Both the position numbers and the translations under genes were made by a program. The notes below the pieces were generated by a model. That model was given only the letters and a program-made list of their open reading frames with translations, made no database searches and was not told the origin of the DNA. A stretch of DNA of 62,972 bases, the filler included. It is 4 parts of 4 records of this genome, joined end to end, with 100 filler letters (N's around TTAATTAATTAA, not from the genome) between each part and the next. Parts side by side here need not be neighbours in the genome. Positions count along the whole stretch, not along the records: positions 1 to 14,207 come from SRR20825019_2095; positions 14,308 to 44,308 come from SRR20825019_2098; 2 more parts are not named here. One strand, 5' to 3'. Each line of letters opens with the position of its first letter. Within the stretch, counting starts at the first letter, position 1. Positions 13,255 to 22,314 of the stretch are shown here, in pieces.

Positions 13255-14163
13255 ATGGGGAAGGACAAGAAGAAGCAAGGCTCCAGAGCCTTGAGAGAAG
13301 GCTTGCTTCAGAGGGCCTCTCAGGAGTCTATGGAGCTGGTGTCCCGCCAAAGCTCTGGCCTGACCAAGAATGTTAGCATGGCACCTAGTGACTGTGCTTT
13401 TGGTGAGGAAGACAACATCACCTGTTGTGAATGCATCCCGGGAAGCAGCCTGATTGCTGCTGGCTCCATAGATGGTAAGGTGTTCCTTTACAATGCTTTG
13501 ACGGGTTTGGCGGTTGCGAAGGTGGATGCTCATGGCACCGATCTTGTCAACCATGTCGCTGTCTCGCGTTCCTATGTCGTTTCTTGCGGGGACGACTGCA
13601 ACGCTGTGATTTGGAGAATTGAGGGGGACAGCACGAAGGTTTCGTTGAAAAAAATGAAAGTTCTCAAGGGCTCTGGCTCGATTCTTTATGGAGAGGTTTC
13701 TCCCAACCAGGAGTTTGTTGTAACTTGCTCGTCGGCTGGGTGCGTTGATCGGATAGCGCGCTTTGAGAAGGTCTGACTTCAATATGTAGTATCGCGAGAG
13801 TGTGGGCTTTAGATAGTGGCGGTGAGATAGGAACGCTCTTGCAAAAGCTTGACGCCGACAGTGGCACCGTGGGAATCTGCAGGATCACTCCAGGTAATGG
13901 TATACCTACAATGGAGGTTTCTCGTCGTTGACGGGTTCGCAGATGGACTTTCTGTCATCACTGGCCACTCGGATGGAGACGCCGTGGTGTGGAGTATATC
14001 CACTGGAAAGGAGGTTTTCAGGCTTGAAGGTCATACGCAGACTGTAACTGATCTTGCCGTAACTCCTGACTGCTCCCGCGTCGTCACCACCTCCTACGAC
14101 GGATACGTTCGTGTGTGGTCCCTCCTCAACGGAGAGGAGCTGGAACTGCTTGATTGGCATAAC
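13255..14163 (+). CDS. WD40-repeat protein, 3' truncated by contig end
   Basis: WD motifs AAGSIDGKVFLYN, SCGDDCNAVIWR and LEGHTQTVTDLAVTPDCSRVVTTSYDGYVRVW. Introns at 13740-13789 and 13894-13942; a further GTGAGT donor at 14164. Confidence 0.88.
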
Positions 14164-14207
14164 GTGAGTAGGCCCAACGGCCGGGGGGGGGGGGGGGGGG
14201 GGGGCCC

Positions 14208-14307
14208 NNNNNNNNNNNNNNNNNNNNNNNNNNNNNNNNNNNNNNNNNNNNTTAATTAATTAANNNNNNNNNNNNNNNNNNNNNNNNNNNNNNNNNNNNN
14301 NNNNNNN
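14208..14307. other. Artificial contig linker
   Basis: 44 N + TTAATTAATTAA (stops in all frames) + 44 N; base composition and gene style change across it. Confidence 0.99.
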
Positions 14308-14362
14308 ATAGCGCACCTGATTACGGCTCAGGAGGTTCCAGGTTTGAATCCTGGCAAGGTCA
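14308..14362 (+). tRNA. tRNA-Arg(ACG), 5' part missing at contig edge
   Basis: Anticodon arm CCTGA-TTACGGC-TCAGG (ACG at 14323-14325), T arm CCAGG-TTTGAAT-CCTGG, acceptor 3' strand CAAGGTC-A. Confidence 0.9.
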
Positions 14363-14366
14363 CTAC

Positions 14367-14400
14367 AAAATTCCGGACTTTTTAAGTTCGGAATTTTTTT
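14367..14400 (+). terminator. Intrinsic terminator after tRNA
   Basis: AAAATTCCGGACTT/AAGTTCGGAATTTT hairpin followed by a T run. Confidence 0.7.
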
Positions 14401-14418
14401 TTGACTATTTTTAACCAG

Positions 14419-14931
14419 ATGGATATAGAAAAATACATTCGGAATATAGCTGATTTTCCTAAGCAGGGTATTCAGTTTAAGGATATTACTCCTTTGTTAG
14501 CTAATAAAGAGGCTTCTACGCAATGTTTGGAAGATTTGTTGCAAATGATAGGAGATCAAAAAATTGATAAGGTTGTTGGAATCGAGTCTCGGGGGTTTTT
14601 CTTTGGAACGTTGCTTGCACAAAAGCTTAATGCAGGGTTTATACCTATCAGAAAGCCTGGAAAACTTCCTTATACAACTTTAAAAGAGTCGTACAAATTA
14701 GAGTATGGGATTGATGCGCTTGAAATTCATGAAGATGCTATTAAAAAAGGGGATCGTGTTTTGCTACATGATGATGTTTTGGCAACTGGTGGTACTGCAA
14801 GCGCGGCTTGTAGTTTGATTGAAAAATTGGGTGGAGAAATTGTACAGTGTAATTTTTTGATTGAACTGAAAGATTTGAATGGAATTAAGAAGTTAAATAA
14901 TCGTTCAGTGAGATCATTGCTTAAGTATTAA
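14419..14931 (+). CDS. apt: Adenine phosphoribosyltransferase
   Basis: DFPKQGIQFKDITPLL, GIESRGF, IRKPGKLP and the PRPP-binding loop HDDVLATGGT. Confidence 0.97.
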   Translation: MDIEKYIRNIADFPKQGIQFKDITPLLANKEASTQCLEDLLQMIGDQKIDKVVGIESRGFFFGTLLAQKLNAGFIPIRKPGKLPYTTLKESYKLEYGIDALEIHEDAIKKGDRVLLHDDVLATGGTASAACSLIEKLGGEIVQCNFLIELKDLNGIKKLNNRSVRSLLKY

Positions 14932-15080
14932 TCTAATGTATTTTTTGTTACCCATAATTTATAAGCGAAAATAGCCATTTGGAGCTTTGAAGCGCTTTCT
15001 AGGTTTACACCTTTCTTCGTGAAGCTTGGCAAGACTTTTCTGTTTAATTTTGATAGTATTTTAAAAACTTTCTTCTTCAC
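14928..15080 (-). CDS. Small basic hypothetical protein (50 aa, GTG start), not in ORF track
   Basis: Reads MKKKVFKILSKLNRKVLPSFTKKGVNLESASKLQMAIFAYKLWVTKNTLD*. Its stop overlaps the apt stop (TTAA). It resembles a small conserved Flavobacteriaceae protein. Confidence 0.7.
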   Translation of the reverse strand: MKKKVFKILSKLNRKVLPSFTKKGVNLESASKLQMAIFAYKLWVTKNTLD

Positions 15081-15247
15081 AGTGTTTTAAATTTCTTATG
15101 AAATTACACATTTTAAAACAATCTTTATTTAAAACGAAGTTAAAAAAAGGTAGTTGCACTTCCTATATATTAAAACTTTAAGAAGTGTGTTGAATAGCTA
15201 TTTATTTCATTTCGGTATTTAGTATCTTCGCAGCCAAATCAAAGTGT

Positions 15248-16201
15248 ATGGAGTATTTATATGTTTTTTTAGGATTGGTATTATTGGTCGTTGGAGGTGA
15301 GTTTTTAGTTCGTTCATCTGTAGCGCTTTCGTTTAGGCTTCATATATCTAAGATGATAATAGGATTAACAGTTGTTTCATTTGCAACTTCTGCTCCTGAA
15401 CTATTAGTAAGTCTACAAGCTGCATTAAACGGGTTTTCAGATATCTCTTTAGGGAACGTAATAGGTTCAAACATAGCGAATATAGGGTTAGTGTTGGGGA
15501 TTACAGCAATAATTTCGCCTTTAGCAATTGATAAAGGGTTTTATAAACTGAATTGGCCAGTAATGATGGTGCTTTCTATAGCATTGTATTTTATATTAAA
15601 GAGCGGCAATGTAATAACGCGCTCAGAAGGTGTTGCATTGTTGTTGATGCTTTTGGTGTATCTCTGGGTTTTAATAAAACAAGCAAAGAATGAAAGGAGC
15701 ACCATGCCTGTTGATGACAGTATTGATGAAGGTTTATCTAAAACTTCAAACTTTAAAATAATTGTTTGGTTATTAATAGGAGGAGTTTCGCTGTATGCAG
15801 GAAGTGAATTCTTGGTGAATGGCGCTGTAGCTTTGGCTGAAGGGTTTGGTGTAAGTGAACGTGTAATTGCAGTTACCATGATTGCGGTAGGCACAAGCAT
15901 TCCAGAGTTAGCGGCCTCGGTTATAGCAGCACTTAAAAAGGAAAAAGCTATTTCTCTTGGAAACCTTATTGGGTCAAACATATTTAATATTTCTTCTGTG
16001 TTGGGAATAACTGCTATAATTCAACCTATTTTCGTTAAAAGTGAAGAAGTACTTACAAATGATATCTTTTGGATGATTGGTTTTTCTGCAATAATACTTC
16101 CATTGATATTTTTACCTAAAAGATTTCAGCTTGGGCGTAAAAGAGGGGTTTTATTAGTAGCTGCCTATGCAATCTTTATAGGAATGACTATCTTAAAATA
16201 A
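15248..16201 (+). CDS. Ca2+/Na+ antiporter (YrbG/CaCA family)
   Basis: Two alpha repeats (ATSAPEL..GNVIGSNIAN and GTSIPEL..GNLIGSNIFN); about 10 TM segments. Confidence 0.93.
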   Translation: MEYLYVFLGLVLLVVGGEFLVRSSVALSFRLHISKMIIGLTVVSFATSAPELLVSLQAALNGFSDISLGNVIGSNIANIGLVLGITAIISPLAIDKGFYKLNWPVMMVLSIALYFILKSGNVITRSEGVALLLMLLVYLWVLIKQAKNERSTMPVDDSIDEGLSKTSNFKIIVWLLIGGVSLYAGSEFLVNGAVALAEGFGVSERVIAVTMIAVGTSIPELAASVIAALKKEKAISLGNLIGSNIFNISSVLGITAIIQPIFVKSEEVLTNDIFWMIGFSAIILPLIFLPKRFQLGRKRGVLLVAAYAIFIGMTILK

Positions 16202-16339
16202 ACTATTTTGTTTCTACCCCTATAATTTTAGGGGGTGATTGCTTTATTTTTGCAATTGATATAAATTAAATTGTAAAAAATAGGGGGTTGTTTTGTTTTT
16301 TGTATATTTTTGCATTGTCAAATAATAAAAACAAAAGCG

Positions 16340-18526
16340 ATGCCAACTTTAAGATTTCATGCCATTAAGGAAACGTACAAAAGAATTCCAGTACCAGTAA
16401 CAGAACCAGAAAGACGTTCCGAGATTTTTGGAAAAAACGTGTTTAATGAAGGTGCAATGCGCCAGTATCTTACAAAAGATTCATTTAAAAGTGTTATGGA
16501 TGCCATTGAAAATGGGTCTAAAATAGAGCGTCATATAGCAGATCACATTTCGACTGGGATGAAGGAGTGGGCAATTGGAAAAGGAGCTACGCATTATACA
16601 CACTGGTTTCAACCTTTAACTGGTGCAACAGCGGAAAAACACGATGCTTTTTTTGAAACAATAGATAACGGTCAGGCTATTGAGAAATTTGGTGGCGGAC
16701 AATTAGTACAACAAGAGCCAGATGCTTCAAGTTTTCCGAATGGTGGAATACGAAATACGTTTGAAGCTAGAGGATATACCGCTTGGGATCCTACATCGCC
16801 TGCTTTTGTGTATGGAACTACCTTGTGTATACCAACGGTTTTTGTTTCATATACAGGAGAAGCGCTAGATTATAAAACGCCTTTGCTTCGTGCGTTACAA
16901 TCTATAGATAATGCAGCAACTGCTGTGGCAAAGTATTTTGATAAGAACGTAACTAAAGTAAATGCAACCTTAGGGTGGGAGCAAGAATACTTTTTGGTAG
17001 ATAGTGCTTTGGCTGCATCACGTCCAGATATTTCATTGGCAGGTAGAACGCTGTTAGGGCATTCTTCAGCAAAAGGACAACAGTTGGATGATCATTATTT
17101 TGGATCGATACCTTCAAGAGTGCTTAATTTTATGCGTCAATTGGAAACGGAATGTATGTTACTTGGTATTCCTGTGAAAACAAGACATAATGAAGTTGCG
17201 CCAAACCAATTTGAACTAGCTCCTATTTTTGAAGAAACGAACTTAGCGGTAGATCACAACTCCTTATTGATGGATTTAATGCATAAAGTTGCTGAAAAAC
17301 ATAACTTTAAGGTTCTTTTTCATGAAAAACCTTTTGCAAATGTAAACGGAAGTGGGAAGCATAATAACTGGTCGTTAGCAACAAACACGGGTGTTAACCT
17401 TCTAGGGCCAGGAAGTACACCAATGAAGAACCTTCAGTTTCTTACCTTCTTTATTAATACACTTAAAGCGGTTAATGAGCATGAAGAACTATTGAGAGCA
17501 TCGATTGCAAGCGCGAGTAACGATCACCGTTTGGGTGCAAATGAAGCTCCACCAGCAATAATTTCAGCATTTATTGGTTCACAGTTAACGGATGTGCTTG
17601 ATGAGCTTGAAAAAGTAACCAGTGGTAAACTTTCACCGCAGGAAAAAACAGATCTTAAGCTGAATGTGGTTGGCAAAATTCCAGAAATTCTTTTAGATAA
17701 TACAGATAGAAATAGAACGTCTCCGTTTGCTTTCACAGGAAATAAGTTTGAGTTCCGTGCGGTAGGTTCTACTGCAAACTGTGCGAACCCAATGACAATT
17801 TTGAATGCAATTGTTGCAAGACAACTAATAGATTTCAAAGAAGAAGTTGATGCATTGATAAAAAATAAGAAGATGAAGAAGGATGATGCCATCTTCAATG
17901 TTCTTAAAGAGTATATAAAAGATTCGAAAAGGATTCGATTTGAAGGTGATGGTTATGGTGAGGCATGGGAAAAGGAAGCTGCGAAGCGTGGTTTGAGCAA
18001 TCATAAAACAACACCTGAAGCATTGAAAGCGAAAGTTTCTAAAAAGACGATTTCACTTTTTGAAGGGCTTGGCATTATGAGCAAAATTGAACTTGAAGCT
18101 CGTTATGAAATTGAAATGGAGGATTATGCAATGCGTATTCAAATAGAAGGACGTATTCTAGGTGACATTGCACGAAACCATGTAATACCAACAGCAATTC
18201 GTTATCAGAATATTTTGATTGAAAACGTTCGTGGGTTAAAGGATATATACGGAACGGACTTTAAAAAGCTATCTAAGGAACAGATGGTTCTAATTGAGGA
18301 GATTAGCGAGCATATTGCTAAGATTAACAAGGGAATTACTGATATGATTGAGGCTAGAAAGAAGTCTAATAAGCTAGAAAATATAGAAAAGAAGGCATTT
18401 GCGTATTGTGAAGAAGTAAAACCATTCTTTGAAGTAATTAGATACCATTGTGATAAGCTGGAACTTTTAGTTGATGATGAAATATGGCCATTAACTAAGT
18501 ACAGAGAGCTTTTGTTCACTAAATAA
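16340..18526 (+). CDS. glnA: Glutamine synthetase type III
   Basis: THYTHWFQPLTG..AEKHD, EPDASSFPNGG, HNEVAPNQFE, HEKPFANVNGSGKHNNWS, DRNRTSPFAFTGNKFEFR; about 728 aa. Confidence 0.96.
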   Translation: MPTLRFHAIKETYKRIPVPVTEPERRSEIFGKNVFNEGAMRQYLTKDSFKSVMDAIENGSKIERHIADHISTGMKEWAIGKGATHYTHWFQPLTGATAEKHDAFFETIDNGQAIEKFGGGQLVQQEPDASSFPNGGIRNTFEARGYTAWDPTSPAFVYGTTLCIPTVFVSYTGEALDYKTPLLRALQSIDNAATAVAKYFDKNVTKVNATLGWEQEYFLVDSALAASRPDISLAGRTLLGHSSAKGQQLDDHYFGSIPSRVLNFMRQLETECMLLGIPVKTRHNEVAPNQFELAPIFEETNLAVDHNSLLMDLMHKVAEKHNFKVLFHEKPFANVNGSGKHNNWSLATNTGVNLLGPGSTPMKNLQFLTFFINTLKAVNEHEELLRASIASASNDHRLGANEAPPAIISAFIGSQLTDVLDELEKVTSGKLSPQEKTDLKLNVVGKIPEILLDNTDRNRTSPFAFTGNKFEFRAVGSTANCANPMTILNAIVARQLIDFKEEVDALIKNKKMKKDDAIFNVLKEYIKDSKRIRFEGDGYGEAWEKEAAKRGLSNHKTTPEALKAKVSKKTISLFEGLGIMSKIELEARYEIEMEDYAMRIQIEGRILGDIARNHVIPTAIRYQNILIENVRGLKDIYGTDFKKLSKEQMVLIEEISEHIAKINKGITDMIEARKKSNKLENIEKKAFAYCEEVKPFFEVIRYHCDKLELLVDDEIWPLTKYRELLFTK

Positions 18527-18545
18527 GTATGCTATAAATAGTATT

Positions 18546-18580
18546 AAAAGCCGATTAAAACCCTTTAATCGGCTTTTTTT
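18546..18580 (+). terminator. Intrinsic terminator
   Basis: AAAAGCCGATTAAA-ACCC-TTTAATCGGCTTTT plus T run. Confidence 0.85.
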
Positions 18581-18681
18581 ATAGCTTTAATTTTTCCGAT
18601 TGCTTGCTTCGGTTAATATAGTAAGCCCACATCTTTGTGGACTTTTTTTTAATCCGTACTTTTGCGGAATAAAACAGTTCA

Positions 18682-19860
18682 ATGAGTAAGGAAATTTCTA
18701 AACGCTACGCACAACGAGGCGTTTCTGCCGGTAAAGAAGATGTGCATAATGCCATAAAGAATGTTGACAAAGGCATTTTTCCGAAGGCATTCTGTAAAAT
18801 TGTTCCAGATTATCTAACAAACGATGCTGATTATTGTTTGATTATGCATGCTGATGGCGCAGGTACAAAATCTTCTTTGGCATATACCTATTGGAAAGAA
18901 ACTGGAGATTTATCTGTTTGGAAAGGCATAGCACAAGATGCTTTAGTGATGAATATTGACGACCTATTGTGTGTTGGTGCGGTAGATAATATCATGCTTT
19001 CTTCAACAATTGGACGTAATAAGAGCCTTATTACAGGAGATGTTATTTCTGCAATTATTAATGGCACGGAAGCGTTAATTGCTGAAATGAAAACCTTTGG
19101 TGTAACCATTCATGCTACAGGTGGTGAGACCGCTGATGTTGGGGATTTGGTGCGTACTATAATTGTAGACTCTACTGTTACTGCGCGCATGAACCGTAAG
19201 GATGTTATAGACAATGCAAATATAAAACCAGGCGATGTTATTGTTGGTTTGGCTTCTTTTGGGCAAGCTACTTATGAAAAGGAATATAACGGAGGTATGG
19301 GTAGTAATGGGCTTACTTCTGCAAGGCATGATGTTTTTGAAAAACAGTTAGCAACTAAATACCCAGAAAGCTTTGATGCTTCCGTACCAGAAGAATTAGT
19401 TTATTCTGGTTCAAAAAAACTACAAGATTCGGTTGTGGATAGCCCTTTGGATGCGGGAAAACTGGTACTTTCACCAACCCGAACCTATGCGCCTATTATT
19501 AAGGAAATTCTGTCGCAATTTACCAATAAAGAAATACACGGAATGGTGCATTGTAGTGGTGGAGCGCAGACAAAGATTCTTCACTTTGTGGAAAATCTTC
19601 ATATAATTAAAGATAATTTATTTGAAGCGCCTCCACTATTTAAGCTTATCCAAGCGGAAAGCAAAACAGAGTGGAAGGAGATGTATCAAGTGTTTAATAT
19701 GGGGCATAGAATGGAGCTTTATGTGCCTGAAGAAATTGCGGAAGCCATCATTAAAATTTCAAATTCATTTAATGTGGAGGCTCAAATTGTTGGTAGCGTT
19801 GAAGCTTCGGAAACAAAAAAGCTTACAATTAAATCTACATATGGGGAGTTTGTTTATTAA
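18682..19860 (+). CDS. purM: Phosphoribosylformylglycinamidine cyclo-ligase (AIR synthase), Bacteroidota type
   Basis: RYAQRGVSAGKEDVH, HADGAGTKS, MNIDDLLCVGA, GGETADVGD, EMYQVFNMGHRME. Confidence 0.93.
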   Translation: MSKEISKRYAQRGVSAGKEDVHNAIKNVDKGIFPKAFCKIVPDYLTNDADYCLIMHADGAGTKSSLAYTYWKETGDLSVWKGIAQDALVMNIDDLLCVGAVDNIMLSSTIGRNKSLITGDVISAIINGTEALIAEMKTFGVTIHATGGETADVGDLVRTIIVDSTVTARMNRKDVIDNANIKPGDVIVGLASFGQATYEKEYNGGMGSNGLTSARHDVFEKQLATKYPESFDASVPEELVYSGSKKLQDSVVDSPLDAGKLVLSPTRTYAPIIKEILSQFTNKEIHGMVHCSGGAQTKILHFVENLHIIKDNLFEAPPLFKLIQAESKTEWKEMYQVFNMGHRMELYVPEEIAEAIIKISNSFNVEAQIVGSVEASETKKLTIKSTYGEFVY

Positions 19861-19924
19861 AGCTAAGATTGTAATTAGCTTCAATAATAATGCAATGAAC
19901 CAAAGTCTGTTTGGCTTAAAGGGT

Positions 19925-20629
19925 TTAAATTTTGTAACCTTTAATTAGCTTATATTCTGTTGATTCTATTCCGTATTGCGATTTTACGGTATCTTTTATA
20001 GTTTGCGTACGTTTTGCAAGATCGTCGTATTGCGAGTTCCGTATATCTTTAGCGGGTTTTAATTGGCTATAGGCTGTTGTAACGGATGTGTTTGCGGCTG
20101 TTAAGGAATCTAACAACGTACTTAATTGTTCTAACGTTATTTTTGGGTTTGTGGGCTGGTATGCTGCTAAATAACTTGAGAGTGTAGCAATAATATCGAT
20201 AAAATAATGTGTTTGACTTCCGTAGGAGCGATGTGATTGAGATACAAATTCGCCTTCTTCATCTCTTTTTAGGTTTTTAGTGTTTTCACCTCTAATTTTG
20301 TTAACGAGATTGATAATATCTGTTGCTTGTTTGGATGTTTTACCAAATTTTGCTTTAATATAAGCAGCTATTGGAGAGAGGATTCTTGCTAAAGAAGTTG
20401 GGTCTTTTTGAAAAAGGTTTTGGCGAATATCTACTGCCAATGAGAACTGAGATTGTTTGTTAGCAATGATGTTGTTATTGCTTTCAATTTCTGAGATTAG
20501 TGCGTTGTACGCTACTACTGTGGCTGTTGGTGTTAGGGCAAGGTAGTCTGTAAAGTTGGTAAGATTTGTTGCTAGTTGCTCTGCATTGAATATGCGAGAT
20601 CCGAAGGTTTTTTCTGAGCGTGAGGCCAT
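19925..20629 (-). CDS. Hypothetical all-helical protein made of two ~110-aa internal repeats
   Basis: 234-aa ORF opposite to the flanking genes. The halves align: SEKTFGS/SHRSYGS, DIRQNLF/DIRNSQY, IKAKFGKTS/VKSQYGIES. Confidence 0.85.
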   Translation of the reverse strand: MASRSEKTFGSRIFNAEQLATNLTNFTDYLALTPTATVVAYNALISEIESNNNIIANKQSQFSLAVDIRQNLFQKDPTSLARILSPIAAYIKAKFGKTSKQATDIINLVNKIRGENTKNLKRDEEGEFVSQSHRSYGSQTHYFIDIIATLSSYLAAYQPTNPKITLEQLSTLLDSLTAANTSVTTAYSQLKPAKDIRNSQYDDLAKRTQTIKDTVKSQYGIESTEYKLIKGYKI

Positions 20630-20823
20630 GATTTCTAGTGTTTAAAAGTTAAACTTGTTTGTTTACATAGATACAGAGGGGAGTTAATTAATTTATAATC
20701 AATTGCTTATTGAAATTTAAGTCGCTTTAATTGATCTACCTAATGATTTTATGTTAAAGTTGATAATTTTTTGAACTTATGTAATTGATATTGTGAAAAT
20801 TACAATGTTGATTGTGGGTGTTA

Positions 20824-21012
20824 AAAATGGCTTTGTGTGAAATGAAATAAGCATTGTGTGAAGTAAAAGGAGCAATGCAGGAAGTGAAAATGGCTTTGCA
20901 GGAAATAAAAATAGCGTTGCAGAAGATTAAAAAGCCTTTGCAGGAAGTAAAAATGACTTTATGGGAACTAAAAATGCCATTGCGGGAAATGACAGGAGTA
21001 CTGCAAGAAATG
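20824..21012. repeat. Array of nine degenerate 21-bp tandem repeats, consensus ~AAAATGGCTTTGCAGGAAGTA
   Basis: Units start at 20824, 20845, 20866, 20887, 20908, 20929, 20950, 20971 and 20992 with no indels. Unit positions 1, 3, 11, 17 and 20 are invariant. Two further decayed units at 20782-20823. Confidence 0.92.
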
Positions 21013-21204
21013 TAAAGTAGTGAGTGTATTATACTATAGCCACTGTAAGGTATTTGGGGAATGATGCGGTGGATAATGTGTGGGTATTGTATAGGCGATT
21101 ATTAAAAAAGGGGGGTGAATAAAAGAAAGGAATACTTACTGATATTCCTGATTTTCTACAAATAGATTTTGCTCAAAAAATTGTAGCTTTGCACCCATTA
21201 TAAA

Positions 21205-22287
21205 ATGTATATGTTAGTCAGGCTTCAAATAATAAAACAACGTTTTGACGAGGTGAGCGACCTTATTATTCAACCAGATATAATAAGCGACCAAAAACGT
21301 TATATTCAGTTGAATAAAGAGTATAAAGACTTAAGAATATTGATGGACAAGCGATCGGAGTTTTTAGAGCTTACCGATAATGTTACTGAAGCCGAGGAAA
21401 TAATTTCAGATGGAAGCGATGCGGAGATGACTGAAATGGCTAAACTTCAACTTGAAGAAGCTAAAAACCGTTTGCCAAAACTAGAAGAGGAGATAAAGTT
21501 TCTATTAGTGCCAAAAGATCCTGAAGATGCTAAAAACGCAGTGATGGAAATTAGAGCAGGAACTGGTGGTGATGAGGCAAGTATTTTTGCGGGCGATCTT
21601 TTTAGAATGTACACAAAATACTGTGAAGGAAAAGGATGGAAAACCAACGTGATTGACTTTAATGAAGGTACAAGTGGAGGTTTTAAAGAAGTTCAGTTTG
21701 AAATTGAAGGTGAAGATGTGTATGGAACTTTAAAATTTGAAGCTGGTGTGCACCGTGTGCAACGTGTACCGCAGACTGAAACACAAGGGCGTGTGCATAC
21801 AAGTGCTGCTACGGTAATGGTTTTTCCAGAAGCAGAAGAATTTGATATTGAAATTAACCCAAAGGATGTTCGTGTAGACTTTTTCTGTTCATCAGGACCA
21901 GGAGGGCAGTCTGTAAACACAACCTATTCTGCAGTACGATTAACACACGTTCCTACAGGAATTGTTGCGCAATGTCAAGATCAGAAATCGCAACACAAAA
22001 ATAAAGATAAGGCTTTTAGAGTGCTTCGTTCTAGATTGTACGATCTTGAATTGGCAAAAAAACAAGCTGAAGATGCACTAAAACGTGGCTCTATGGTAAC
22101 AAGTGGAGACCGAAGTGCAAAAATTAGAACGTATAATTATCCGCAAGGGCGCGTTACCGATCACCGCATCAACTTAACGTTGTATAATCTTGGTAATATT
22201 ATAAATGGAGACGTTCAAGAAATAGTTGATGAGCTTCAATTGGTGAGTAATACTGAAAAATTAAAAGAAACAGGCGAAACTTTTTAA
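21205..22287 (+). CDS. prfA: Peptide chain release factor 1
   Basis: [21 protein letters not shown] (PxT motif), [19 protein letters not shown]. Confidence 0.98.
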   Translation: MYMLVRLQIIKQRFDEVSDLIIQPDIISDQKRYIQLNKEYKDLRILMDKRSEFLELTDNVTEAEEIISDGSDAEMTEMAKLQLEEAKNRLPKLEEEIKFLLVPKDPEDAKNAVMEIRAGTGGDEASIFAGDLFRMYTKYCEGKGWKTNVIDFNEGTSGGFKEVQFEIEGEDVYGTLKFEAGVHRVQRVPQTETQGRVHTSAATVMVFPEAEEFDIEINPKDVRVDFFCSSGPGGQSVNTTYSAVRLTHVPTGIVAQCQDQKSQHKNKDKAFRVLRSRLYDLELAKKQAEDALKRGSMVTSGDRSAKIRTYNYPQGRVTDHRINLTLYNLGNIINGDVQEIVDELQLVSNTEKLKETGETF

Positions 22288-22314
22288 TAGTATAAACTTC
22301 TGAAATATAATAGT

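Noticed and set aside
14184-14204. Poly-G run as a G-quadruplex or Gly tract
   Set aside because: It lies at the contig end just after a splice donor; most likely a sequencing/assembly artefact.
14252-14263. TTAATTAATTAA repeated three times in the window
   Set aside because: Synthetic all-frame stop linker, not biological.
14208-14419. Bacteria-to-eukaryote horizontal transfer or integration at the tRNA
   Set aside because: The junction is an artificial linker; the tRNA is simply cut at a contig edge.
20824-21012. 21-bp array as a CRISPR array
   Set aside because: The units are contiguous and degenerate with no unique spacers, and there are no cas genes on the contig.
20824-21012. Array as DGR template/variable repeats
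   Set aside because: Variation is not confined to adenines on either strand, and no reverse transcriptase is present.
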